Part shown: positions 27,080 to 37,036 of the stretch, piece by piece | Layout of the letters: each line of letters opens with the position of its first letter | Position numbering within the stretch: the first letter of the stretch is position 1 | NCBI GenBank assembly: GCA_000002435.2 | Contig: CM018791.1 | Strand: one strand, 5' to 3' | DNA from: Giardia intestinalis | Lineage: Eukaryota | Length of the DNA stretch: 64,000 nt | Notes under the pieces: generated by a model | What the model was told of the DNA's origin: nothing | Database searches by the model: none | What the model saw: the letters and a program-made list of their open reading frames with translations, nothing else | Made by a program: the position numbers and the translations under genes

Positions 27080-28666
27080 TTAGGTGACTTCGTTCTCCTC
27101 ATACTGAACGATAGCAAAGCAAAGGATGTAGGATATTACACAGAGGATGAGGGTGCTCTGCTCCGAGACTGTCTTGGTAGTGCAACGAGGGGATCCGTAC
27201 TTATAGATCTCATATATGATCTCTTCGACAGACCCGCTCAGAATCTGGAGGTAGACTAGAAACGTTGTTGAAAGGTACAAGCACGTACGGGGCTCCAGCT
27301 CGTGGCAAATCTGGGAAAGGACACTGCATAACATTTGATAGACCGACGAAGGGATGTGGGGGATGTGGAGGTGGCAGCTCTCCAAGTTGGTAATTGCCCT
27401 CAGGGCGCCTGGGTCCGCCCCTGGGGTGCACTGAAAACTGATGTAGACAGACGGTACCACCGTTGTCGCAATGTATAGGGCGTCATCGGCCGTGCACGGT
27501 TCCTCACAGAGGGAGAACAGGTTCTGAAGGTCTCTAGAGGTAAGCTTGTCATTACAGCGCGTCAGGTCCAACCCGTCTGTTAGAAGAGAAAGGAACTTGA
27601 TAAAGTGCTTGAACGCTTGAATATGTGCTGCACCACTAATGTATCTTCTCAACGTAGTTAAGAAGCGCACCAGCTCAAAAATCTGGAGAGAGCTATTGCG
27701 GAAAACAGGCTTCTGAATGAGCTCTATCATTCCAAGGCATATGTTTCTAAGTGTGTCGGAGGAAAATGGAGGAATCGTCCCAGAGTCATTCTGAGACGTT
27801 GATGCAGACACAGACGATGATGAACCCAGGATTCTGAGGCTGTGGTACAAGTTCCACTGGAATGCAATGGAATCATATAGTCCAAGGAAGGTTCCCATTT
27901 TAGGTTTAGCATTAACAACGTACTTAGAAACGATCGTGCCAATGAAATTAGAGAAGTCAGTCAGTACCTGGGGGTTACGGCTAAAAGCGTCATCCACGAC
28001 GTCCAGGCCATTATCGCGATAGATGTTGTACTTGTAGTTATACTGCTTTATCTGCACCAGTGTCCGATTAGGTATAGTCGCGAGAATACGCTCGTCAATC
28101 CTACCATTGATGGCCTTATGTCGCACAAACCTCAGATAAGCTGAGTGCTCCTCGTCGCTCCAGACCCGGCGAGGTGCGCGCTTCACTGGCTGCTTTCCCT
28201 GGTTACCAGACAGCATTGCAGCATCAGCGGCCGCGGCGCCCCGGTCTCTTTTCTTCATCTCCAACCGGCTTGGCTTGGAAATAGTAAACCCCGTTCTGTC
28301 GTTACCACTGTTGGCACAGTCCTCTGACAACAGCGCACCTTTCACTGCAGGATCAGAACCGGTAGCATCAATAACAGATTGCCTAAAAGGCTGGACAGGG
28401 ACAGGAGCAGAAGTGGGGGCAGCCATCTCATCTAGTGTGGCCGCCTGCGGAAAGGACAGCACAGGTTGAAACGAAGGAACAGCCATGCCCCACGCTGGCA
28501 CTGCAGCCTGAGAGGACCCCTCTACAGGAAACAGCGGGTACAATGGAGAAAGCCCGCCATTGGGGTTTGCTGAAAATCCAAACGGCGGCGCCAACACGGT
28601 CTGAGATAATACACATGCTTGCTGATCTATAGATGACGTGTTATCATGGAGCTGACACGTGCTCAT
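27080..28666 (-). CDS. Myb/SANT-like DNA-binding domain protein (528 aa)
   Basis: ATG at 28666. RVWSDEEHSAYLRFVRHKAINGRIDERILATIPNRTLVQIKQY fits a single Myb/SANT repeat (W..EE...F......G..W..I). The rest of the protein is uncharacterised. Confidence 0.5.
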   Translation of the reverse strand: MSTCQLHDNTSSIDQQACVLSQTVLAPPFGFSANPNGGLSPLYPLFPVEGSSQAAVPAWGMAVPSFQPVLSFPQAATLDEMAAPTSAPVPVQPFRQSVIDATGSDPAVKGALLSEDCANSGNDRTGFTISKPSRLEMKKRDRGAAAADAAMLSGNQGKQPVKRAPRRVWSDEEHSAYLRFVRHKAINGRIDERILATIPNRTLVQIKQYNYKYNIYRDNGLDVVDDAFSRNPQVLTDFSNFIGTIVSKYVVNAKPKMGTFLGLYDSIAFQWNLYHSLRILGSSSSVSASTSQNDSGTIPPFSSDTLRNICLGMIELIQKPVFRNSSLQIFELVRFLTTLRRYISGAAHIQAFKHFIKFLSLLTDGLDLTRCNDKLTSRDLQNLFSLCEEPCTADDALYIATTVVPSVYISFQCTPGADPGALRAITNLESCHLHIPHIPSSVYQMLCSVLSQICHELEPRTCLYLSTTFLVYLQILSGSVEEIIYEIYKYGSPRCTTKTVSEQSTLILCVISYILCFAIVQYEENEVT

Positions 28667-28834
28667 TCAGCCAAGCAAGTTTTTTATTTTAGAACGTATT
28701 TATATTCATAGAGTTATTTGAATCACCAAAAGGTGCCATCATCCGCAACGGGTTTACTGACAGGTTTTGGAGAACACTGAGTGCATGATGAGATAAACGC
28801 CATAAATGTAAGTTAGCCCGTACTGTGAAGGGCT

Positions 28835-31396
28835 TTATTTATCGTTTTTAGAAATAATCTGTGAGATATTCAAGAAATACAAGCACCCTTCACTGTCGCC
28901 TGCAACAAGAATTGGCGCCGGAGATACCGGCAGAATGCAGAGTGCGGTCACCTCACCAACACTAGTTGTCAAGCTGACCATAGAACCTAAACCCTCATCC
29001 TTAGCCAAGAAGATTGCGCCCGATTGTGTTCCAATAAAAAGAGTGCTGTGTACTTCGTCATACAGCATTGCTAACACGTTTCCAACGAGTGGATCGATAG
29101 AAATGCTGACAGGGTCATTCAGCTCCAGACGTCTGATACCTCCCTGGCGTACATCACAGACATTCACACTGTATCTATAGCATGTATTCTTATAGGAGAT
29201 AAATACCCACTTGCTACCGGCGCAGATACGTGGTTGGATGCCTAGCTCCCATGCCTCTATGTAATCTGTGAATTCACATTCATCCCTGGCACTATTTGCT
29301 GATTTGAATGGCTGCAAATGGACGACGTCGTGGGTTCCAGTCCCTACATCTATATTATATACTGATACTGTCCCTTGTTCTGTTATGGCGGCGACGGTTA
29401 CGCATGTACACCCAAGGCAGCCTGGGCGTTTAGCAGGAGTGACATCTAGAAACACAGCTTCAACATAGCTTTCACCGTAGATTGGTTTGGCAGAATATAT
29501 CTTTCTAAACAGAAATTGCGTTCCTGCTCTATGTGACTTATCGTAAGATGGCTTATAAACTTCCCAGAGCACCATGGTATCCTCTGTAACACGCCCAGCA
29601 ATAGATAATGTCACAAGATAGGCGCCATCTGGACTCTGGCACAGCCCCATGCAGTTACTCCCAGGAAAGTTGCAGCACTCTGCAATTTCAGGGAACTGCG
29701 TTGTTCCATGGAGAAGTCTATCCTCTGACGAGGTGTTGTATCCTTCTGCAAGATCCAGAAAATGGGAAAACCTTCTCAGGTCGTCGAGAGCAAAGACTGG
29801 AGGTCGCACAAAGGAACTTGTCGCTACTTCTCTCTCTGTCCAGAGTGGTGAAACAGTGAGCGAAAGTTGTGCTGGCATCCCTGCTATGGGATTTGTCACA
29901 AATACATTGTCTGTATTGGACTTCGTAGATCCGCTCTCACTTTCGAAGGGACCTCGGAGCCATCCGGGCACAGTAATGATACGGAGGACGTTCTCGTCTC
30001 CAACCATTGCGAAGCTCTGTTGATTGCGAGGCTCTAGAGCCAGGATGTCAAAGATTGAGCAGCCATGAATGACACACCAACAAAGGGGGAGTGTTTCAAA
30101 GGAGACCAGGACGCGGAAATCAGAAGAAGACGCTGATAACACAAGGGTATTGTTCAAAGATGCTATAGAGCCTGCGGAATCAGTCATAAATAGGCTCTGT
30201 ATCCGACTAATTCTTCCTGTGTGACTTTCTGGAATGTTATACCGAACAAACCTGCACTCCTGTACATCATTGCATCGAGAGTAGGCCACCAAGGCGCCGT
30301 CCCCAGTTATCCCAACGATATACTCTGTCGTGCCCGCAATCGAAACGAATCCCCGACCGATTTCTGTTTCTATCGTTCCAAGTACCTGAAGGTGCGTCGC
30401 GTCTATGTGGCCATCGCTTTTGGTTATTGTGTACATATTGATGATGCGATCGCTTCCACTTGTGCACAACAACGTAGGTGATAGTATAATAGAGCTCATC
30501 ATTTGGCCACTGTGCAATGGTAAAGTTGTTAATGAATAAATGGTCAAGAGCTGTACGTCAACAAAGAGTAAACGAGGCTTTGAGTAGAGAAGCGTTACTA
30601 GAAGAAGGAAGCCCGTTCCATGCGAGGAGAGAGCATCACTCAGAAATTCTGAGGAGGTGTCTGCGGGGAGGGCCGATAAGCTTGTGACGGCACAGCGCGC
30701 CTCAGCACCAAGGCTCGCGTTTATTGCAGCAGTCTGAATGGGGGTAATGACTCGATTGGCAAGATCAAAAACATACGTGTAGAGAGCACCAGTAATGGTT
30801 CCAAAGGCAAACAGAACAGTACTTGTATGGGAGCTATTATCTAATATTGAAACTACGCAGGATTCTGCTATCTGTGGCCATGGAAGACCAATCTGGCCTT
30901 CCCGATTCGACCCTCCATACCGATATGTGATAGAGTAAGATTGCGTACTGATGAGTAGCACCAAGCAGCCTGTAAGATCTGTGATAGTTACGACAATGAT
31001 GCTGTGGACAGCGCTGACCTGACACGAAATGGAAGTGATGGTACTGGATGTAACAACAACAGGTGCCATAGCAAGGTGAAGCATGGCACTGCCTTCTGTG
31101 ACATGCAAACAACAGACCCCGATGGATCCATCACTAGCTCCGAACACTAAGTGTGTCCCATGGGACGCGATAGCAGTAAGCTTTGATGGGAATGCAACCA
31201 CTCGCGTATGCGATGCCATAAAGGGTGGGACCATTGATCTCACAACAACTGATCCCCCAAGCACAAACACAAGCCAATCCCCGATAAGTTGATGACCGTT
31301 CCGAATCGCTCTGGGGGAGGCATTCATTCGAAGCATACTGGTTCCACCACTCTGCAAACCTACTAGGCCGTCCTCATCCTGTCTCTGTTGGCCCAT
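28835..31396 (-). CDS. hypothetical protein, probably beta-propeller/WD-like (853 aa)
   Basis: ATG at 31396. Long clean ORF with blade-like motifs (VFGASDGSIGVCCL, VAGDSEGCLYFLNI). Confidence 0.55.
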   Translation of the reverse strand: MGQQRQDEDGLVGLQSGGTSMLRMNASPRAIRNGHQLIGDWLVFVLGGSVVVRSMVPPFMASHTRVVAFPSKLTAIASHGTHLVFGASDGSIGVCCLHVTEGSAMLHLAMAPVVVTSSTITSISCQVSAVHSIIVVTITDLTGCLVLLISTQSYSITYRYGGSNREGQIGLPWPQIAESCVVSILDNSSHTSTVLFAFGTITGALYTYVFDLANRVITPIQTAAINASLGAEARCAVTSLSALPADTSSEFLSDALSSHGTGFLLLVTLLYSKPRLLFVDVQLLTIYSLTTLPLHSGQMMSSIILSPTLLCTSGSDRIINMYTITKSDGHIDATHLQVLGTIETEIGRGFVSIAGTTEYIVGITGDGALVAYSRCNDVQECRFVRYNIPESHTGRISRIQSLFMTDSAGSIASLNNTLVLSASSSDFRVLVSFETLPLCWCVIHGCSIFDILALEPRNQQSFAMVGDENVLRIITVPGWLRGPFESESGSTKSNTDNVFVTNPIAGMPAQLSLTVSPLWTEREVATSSFVRPPVFALDDLRRFSHFLDLAEGYNTSSEDRLLHGTTQFPEIAECCNFPGSNCMGLCQSPDGAYLVTLSIAGRVTEDTMVLWEVYKPSYDKSHRAGTQFLFRKIYSAKPIYGESYVEAVFLDVTPAKRPGCLGCTCVTVAAITEQGTVSVYNIDVGTGTHDVVHLQPFKSANSARDECEFTDYIEAWELGIQPRICAGSKWVFISYKNTCYRYSVNVCDVRQGGIRRLELNDPVSISIDPLVGNVLAMLYDEVHSTLFIGTQSGAIFLAKDEGLGSMVSLTTSVGEVTALCILPVSPAPILVAGDSEGCLYFLNISQIISKNDK

Positions 31397-31429
31397 ATCT
31401 CAGCTCAATCTGTCTGCGTAACAAAAATG

Positions 31430-31461
31430 AAAAGGACATTTTAATAAAAGGACATTTTAAT
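31430..31461. repeat. 16-bp perfect tandem duplication (aaaaggacattttaat x2) in the 89-bp divergent intergenic region upstream of the kinesin ATG
   Basis: The sequence reads atgaaaaggacattttaataaaaggacattttaataaataatgc directly. It lies between the ATG of the minus gene (31396) and the kinesin ATG (31486). Confidence 0.6.
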
Positions 31462-31485
31462 AAATAATGCAATCCATTTTAAGTG

Positions 31486-34400
31486 ATGAGCGAGGACAGT
31501 GGTGGCCCAAGCCGTGCCTGTGCCATCAAGGTTTATTGCCGGATACGGCCCATCATCGACCAAGAGACAGCAGTTATAACTGGTGACTCCCGCAGCAGGA
31601 CGCTTACTCTAACATCACCGGGGACTGCAACAAAGTGCTATCGCTTCGACCACGTCTTTGATAGCCACGCAACGCAAGCCGATGTGTTTGCGAAGGTTGC
31701 TAAGGACGTCATCCAGCGCGTGCTGTTGGGTTTTAATGGCGCTCTATTAGCCTATGGAGCAACCTTCAGCGGTAAGACATACACTGTGTCAGGCCCACAT
31801 TACTCTTCATCAGAGCGTGGCCTTATTCCCCGGACAATCAGCTATTTGTTTCAATTCTTTGAAGAATCAAATTCCCCAACGTTTACGATTGAGAACTACT
31901 CTATTAGCATCTCTTTTGTTGAGATTTATATGGAGAAGCTGCGAGATTTGCTAGCAGCGCCTAGCGTTGCTGAAGGGGAGCCGTCACAGGACCTGCATAT
32001 CTATTCGCTGCCTGTCTATTCACGCTCAAACTCTGCGTTACCGCCCACTGAGAGAACCCGAGTAGAGATAAGTGGATTGACAAAACTTCCCATAACATCC
32101 CCTCAGCAGGCGCAACAAGTATTAGAAAGAGCCAATTCAAACAAAGTCGTGGCCAGTAACAGAATTAACCAGCACTCATCTAGATCTCATACAATCTTAA
32201 TTATAACCATTAACTACACATTCAGGACTACTGAGGCCCCCAACCTACTGCACCAGCGTAGTTCGAAGCTCCATATTGCAGACCTGGCCGGCTCTGAGTC
32301 TATACTCCGGACTCGGGCTGAAGGCGAGCGTCTCACTGAGTCAAAATACATCAATACATCCCTGCTGGCACTGGGTAAAATAATCAACCAGCTTTCAACT
32401 GACTGCAGCCACAAGCCTGCGGAGTACACCACGCTTTTAAGCAAAAACTCCTATGCCTTGCTTTCTCCTTGCAAGCACATTTCATACAGAGACTCTTTGC
32501 TGACCCGCATACTCCAGAACTGTCTGAGCGGTGATTCTATAACCGCGATTCTAGTACATTTCAATCCAGACCTGTACTCCTTACATGAGAGCCTATCTAC
32601 ACTTAAGTTTGCCACAAGAGCAGCACACGTGAGGACGTCGCCAATGCAATCGGAGTCTGTCCTCAGTGAAAACGTTGTGCCAGGCACTACAGCTTCTTCT
32701 GCTGACTCTTGCATTTCTACCGAGCAAGACCTGGATATTTATCAGCTGAGAACCACTAGTATCTATAAAGATTCTTCCACTGCGCTTTGTATTAGCGAGC
32801 TTCGGTCTCTTATCAAGACTCTTTATACCAGTGGTCAAGCTGCTATCTCTTCTAAACAACTTGCAATCCTAGCTTGCGCATTAGACAGCACCCTCAGTGA
32901 CGAGGCTCTATGCTATGAAGTCGCTCGGTGCACAACTGGTCAGGAGGAATCCGTCAGCACCTTATCATCTTCGGTATCTGAAACACCCGTGCAAGATGTG
33001 CGTAAGAAACTTTCGTTTATCGTAGCAGATCCACAGGCTGAGGAAATCCAGCGTCTTCTGTCACTCAATATCAGGGAATATATTCCTACAGAGACATTTA
33101 ATCGGACAGTCAAAGAGATAAACGCGTCCCTTTCAGAGCTGTACGAAAGGATTGAGAGTAGGGACCCTTCTACTTTTTGTACCATTCTTGCAAATATGAA
33201 TGACGTCCTCAAAGCGTCCTACAAGTGGATTTGCATTGTTTCCGTTTTGCGAATCCGTGTAGGTGGAGAGACGCTTTTAGTACATGCGATCTCACACGAT
33301 TTTCTGTCCGTTGTAGAACCCTTGCTTAGGGTGTCACCACCTCTGGCGACCGAGAAGGATCAAGACGGGTTCTTCCCGCTTCACAGATTGATGCGGATTG
33401 CACCGAAAACACTGGATGCACAGCTGTTCATTAAAACATTAACCACCTTATTCGAATACAGTCCAGAAAATGTTATACTAGAGCAAGCTCCCGACGGCAA
33501 GGATCTTGTGAGAGAATTTGTAGAAATCTGCTCTGTAATTGACGACGAGTTTGGGGCAGCAATCCTACGTGCCTTTGTAGCAGAAGAAGTTGATCTGGTG
33601 TGTTCTTCCTCAGTGGGTCGCAATGTGCCTGGAAGGGACTCTGATAGGCAGCATCTTATATCAATACTAATAGAGCTTGATATGCCGATGTGTGTAGGAT
33701 GTGTCTTTCAGACAATGAAAGCCAAATTGGAACCCTTGGTGACTTCCCACTTGTCGGACCATGTGCTCAAATCATGCCTAGACTTGCTCAATAGCTGCTC
33801 GTTTGATGTCCTCCTGCAGTCCTGCTTCTTGCATGACAGAGGCGAGATCCTACAACACGTTCTCGACAGTTTGGGGACGCCCTATAGAATTGCACTCATA
33901 ATCATGTCTGCTAAATGCATTGCACTATCGCTGACGGAGGGACGATACATCTGTACAGCCATTGCATTACGAATGTTATATGATCAGAACACAGGTACTA
34001 AGTCCAATGAACCAGAGTCTAACGAATCTTCGTATGCAGTTGCATTGAGAATATTCTTTTCGCAGGAGGTCCAATGTGATAAGAAAAGCATGTTTGCGTT
34101 TGCCAGGGGATTCTTGGACAAGTGTGCAGCGTATCCAATGCCAATACATGCTCATACTCAAAGAGGCTGTACGGCGCTCCTGGAACTCCTTGTAGAGGAT
34201 TTTCCTGGCAAACGGAAGTTTACTTGCATTCAGCAGGTCTATGAAGTTCTGCTTGAGCTTCAACGATGTAGCGTTCCCAGTGTTGAGGAATATGAACAAA
34301 TTCTTTGCGGCTGGGACAAGCTCTCACCCACTCTTGTTCGCCAGGAGAAGCTAGGTAACTATGACTTTTGTGAGCTATGCATCAGGACGCTGAACCCCCT

Positions 34401-34605
34401 GGCATTCGAGGTCATGGCGGCTAAGCTCCTCAACATCGATTCCGTTCTGGGTGCGCTTCAGCGATTTCAGTGTCTGTTTCCAGCAACAATGGAAAAGTGT
34501 CGCCAACTTGTGGGGAGTAGCGAGGACTGGGGAGTATTCTTTACTAAATTAAAAATGAAAAATGATCGCACCACAGACGATTGGCCCGGACCACGGTGCA
34601 ACTAA
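31486..34605 (+). CDS. kinesin-like motor protein with N-terminal motor domain (about 1039 aa)
   Basis: The track start at 31483 is GTG; the ATG is at 31486. Kinesin motifs: switch I NQHSSRSHTIL, switch II IADLAGSESI, and a neck-region LSTLKFATRA. The P-loop is divergent: YGATFSGKTYTV instead of the canonical GQTGSGKT. Confidence 0.85.
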   Translation: MSEDSGGPSRACAIKVYCRIRPIIDQETAVITGDSRSRTLTLTSPGTATKCYRFDHVFDSHATQADVFAKVAKDVIQRVLLGFNGALLAYGATFSGKTYTVSGPHYSSSERGLIPRTISYLFQFFEESNSPTFTIENYSISISFVEIYMEKLRDLLAAPSVAEGEPSQDLHIYSLPVYSRSNSALPPTERTRVEISGLTKLPITSPQQAQQVLERANSNKVVASNRINQHSSRSHTILIITINYTFRTTEAPNLLHQRSSKLHIADLAGSESILRTRAEGERLTESKYINTSLLALGKIINQLSTDCSHKPAEYTTLLSKNSYALLSPCKHISYRDSLLTRILQNCLSGDSITAILVHFNPDLYSLHESLSTLKFATRAAHVRTSPMQSESVLSENVVPGTTASSADSCISTEQDLDIYQLRTTSIYKDSSTALCISELRSLIKTLYTSGQAAISSKQLAILACALDSTLSDEALCYEVARCTTGQEESVSTLSSSVSETPVQDVRKKLSFIVADPQAEEIQRLLSLNIREYIPTETFNRTVKEINASLSELYERIESRDPSTFCTILANMNDVLKASYKWICIVSVLRIRVGGETLLVHAISHDFLSVVEPLLRVSPPLATEKDQDGFFPLHRLMRIAPKTLDAQLFIKTLTTLFEYSPENVILEQAPDGKDLVREFVEICSVIDDEFGAAILRAFVAEEVDLVCSSSVGRNVPGRDSDRQHLISILIELDMPMCVGCVFQTMKAKLEPLVTSHLSDHVLKSCLDLLNSCSFDVLLQSCFLHDRGEILQHVLDSLGTPYRIALIIMSAKCIALSLTEGRYICTAIALRMLYDQNTGTKSNEPESNESSYAVALRIFFSQEVQCDKKSMFAFARGFLDKCAAYPMPIHAHTQRGCTALLELLVEDFPGKRKFTCIQQVYEVLLELQRCSVPSVEEYEQILCGWDKLSPTLVRQEKLGNYDFCELCIRTLNPLAFEVMAAKLLNIDSVLGALQRFQCLFPATMEKCRQLVGSSEDWGVFFTKLKMKNDRTTDDWPGPRCN

Positions 34606-34897
34606 GCAAAGATTGGGGGTTACTAGTATCAAGACTTCTATAGGGGAGCTATATGTGCAGCAGCATATAGACAGCGCGCTAGTGACCATCTCGGAGACGG
34701 GTAAAATCAGTCATGTGATTCGTGTTGTTTCTGTTGGATCTCAGCCGGAAACCACCATTCTATTTGGAAGCAGGTGCGAGACAGATCTTAGGCTCTTGGC
34801 CCGGGAGCTTTGGCGGAAGCTTGGCTGCGAGGTTATTCTTTGCATAGGTGTCCAGAAACGAGCGTATCCAGAGTTAAAGAAGATCCTTAATCTATAG
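34562..34897 (+). CDS. small hypothetical protein (111 aa) overlapping the kinesin 3' end by 44 nt in another frame
   Basis: ATG at 34562. Globular-looking sequence (GELYVQQHIDSALVTISETGKISHVIRVV...). No recognised motif. It could be spurious. Confidence 0.3.
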   Translation: MIAPQTIGPDHGATKQRLGVTSIKTSIGELYVQQHIDSALVTISETGKISHVIRVVSVGSQPETTILFGSRCETDLRLLARELWRKLGCEVILCIGVQKRAYPELKKILNL

Positions 34898-34930
34898 CTA
34901 GCTTTTACTGTGAATTATTCAATTTTTCTA

Positions 34931-37036
34931 ATGCCTAACGAATGCCCATCTGGAGCTTTCACGGTCAACCTGAAGCCATCGCAGAGCTTCGCTAAGCTCA
35001 CTGAACGACAGCAGCAGTATGCTACGTTCCTCTCCCTCGCCGCCTTTGCTGGAGCCCCCGTCCTCTTCGATCAATGCTCCCAGCACACGCGCCGCATCCA
35101 CGCGTTCCTTGCGGAGTACTTGAAGATCCACATAGAGGCGCCTGACAGGGGAGCCGCACTGAAGACTGTTGAAACTGCAGTTGGGGTAGATAACCGCGAA
35201 ACACTCCAGTATCTGCACGACTACGCTGGACACTTTTACTTCAATTGCTCTGAGTATCTCGGTCTAGGGGATACGAAATTCATCCCACGCTGCACTAAGG
35301 AGAGCTTAGAAGTCGTGGTCAAGCTTCTGGGAGAGTCAACACACAAGGGAACAGGGCTCGTTGATGCTTTCTATACAGCGAGGGACGGAATGTACGATAC
35401 AGCGCCCGAGCAGCTTTCGCTTGGCTTCCACCCAGCGGGATGCACAGCATACTACCAGCCGGCGGACTTCTCAGAGAGCGAGGCCAAGCAGATCAACGAT
35501 CTGATGACGGCGAAGAAGATGATGCATGAAAACTCTCATGTGATACGCCACGACACCTGGTACGAGATCTCCCTCGCCTCCGTTGAGGTTGCAGAGAGGG
35601 GTGAGCCAATAGGAGTTTGCAACGGCAAGGAGGTTCACGTGACCCGCGGACGAGGGTCTGCAGAGCTGGCCAAGGCATGCTACTGGCTCAAGAAGGCGCG
35701 AGACTTCGCCGACAACGACTCGCAGAGGAAGATGCTTGATGCCCTCGTCGAGCACTACAGGACAGGGGACTGCGACCTCCACAAGAGATACTCGGAGCAC
35801 TGGGTCCAGGATAAGGACGTCACTGTTGAAACGTACCAAGGCTTCGTGGAGACGTACCGCGACCCCAGCGGTGTTCGCGCCGAGTATGAGGCCTTCGTCG
35901 CATGTGTCGACCCCGATGTCTCCAAGGCCCTGCACAACTTGGTGGAGCGTGCCTCAGAGATACTCCCCCTTCTTCCTTACCCACGTGCCCTGGAGAGAGA
36001 CAAGTTTATCCCGCCCGTCTACAACGCTATCAACATTCTATGTTTCCTTAATACATTTAGCCCAATAGGCATAAACATACCCAATTACGATGACACGCGT
36101 AGAGATATTGGCTTCAAAAACGTTACGCTCCACAATGTACTGATGAAAGCAGGCCCAGCAAGGATCCTCATTGACTTTGTTCCACAAGAACATAGAGAAG
36201 CATATAGCAAGGATCTCAGTACAGCGATGTTCTTAAACGTCGCACTCCACGAACTCTTCGGACATGGGACAACAAAGCTCCTACAGGAGAGCGATCTGCA
36301 GAACGGGATTTTGAATCCTCTAGATGAGAATGGAGGGAAGCTAACAACATGCTACAAGGATGGAGAGACGTACTCAAGCGTCTTTGGAGCAATGAGCAAT
36401 GCCTTCGAGGAGTGCAAAGCAGAGACGACGTCAATGTGCCTCTGCACAGAGGAGATAGTACTGCGTATATTCAATATTGCTCCAATGCGTTTTAACACCA
36501 TGAGACTTGCGCTAATGTACGAAATGATATGTCATGCCTTCACAAATCTTCCCCTCTACAATCCTGCCACTAACACCTGGCTCCAAGCACACGCACAAGG
36601 GCGTTTTTGCATACTCCAGGCCTGTCTGAAGTGGGCCCCTAACTCTATTAAGTTGGTGGAAGCGTGTGATTCGAACGGTAATCTGATGTCGCTACTGGTT
36701 CATATTATTGAATCAGAAATAAGCACTATAGTCAGTGCATGCAAAAAGCTATTATTACATATTGCAACCTACAAGGCTTCTGCTAACGTGGAGGCCGCTC
36801 AAAAGTTCTTCAAGGAAATGACTCATATGTCACCTGAATGGCTGAAGAGAAGGGAGTATGTTTGCAGCATCAAACGTCCAAGCGCACTGTATTGCGATTC
36901 GATGATCAAGACTGTCACACAACAGGATGGTGCATTGAGATACACACTTGCTGACACATGTGCGCTTGATGATCCCACACCATTGGATGTTGCTGTCGGG
37001 CTTTGTAACAACATCCTTGTTTCCTCTGCTAACTGA
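34931..37036 (+). CDS. dipeptidyl-peptidase III (peptidase family M49) homolog, about 701 aa
   Basis: The track start at 34910 is GTG; the first ATG is at 34931. Contains HELFGH (the HEXXGH zinc-binding motif) and, about 50 aa downstream, EECKAE (the second M49 motif EECRAE). Confidence 0.65.
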   Translation: MPNECPSGAFTVNLKPSQSFAKLTERQQQYATFLSLAAFAGAPVLFDQCSQHTRRIHAFLAEYLKIHIEAPDRGAALKTVETAVGVDNRETLQYLHDYAGHFYFNCSEYLGLGDTKFIPRCTKESLEVVVKLLGESTHKGTGLVDAFYTARDGMYDTAPEQLSLGFHPAGCTAYYQPADFSESEAKQINDLMTAKKMMHENSHVIRHDTWYEISLASVEVAERGEPIGVCNGKEVHVTRGRGSAELAKACYWLKKARDFADNDSQRKMLDALVEHYRTGDCDLHKRYSEHWVQDKDVTVETYQGFVETYRDPSGVRAEYEAFVACVDPDVSKALHNLVERASEILPLLPYPRALERDKFIPPVYNAINILCFLNTFSPIGINIPNYDDTRRDIGFKNVTLHNVLMKAGPARILIDFVPQEHREAYSKDLSTAMFLNVALHELFGHGTTKLLQESDLQNGILNPLDENGGKLTTCYKDGETYSSVFGAMSNAFEECKAETTSMCLCTEEIVLRIFNIAPMRFNTMRLALMYEMICHAFTNLPLYNPATNTWLQAHAQGRFCILQACLKWAPNSIKLVEACDSNGNLMSLLVHIIESEISTIVSACKKLLLHIATYKASANVEAAQKFFKEMTHMSPEWLKRREYVCSIKRPSALYCDSMIKTVTQQDGALRYTLADTCALDDPTPLDVAVGLCNNILVSSAN

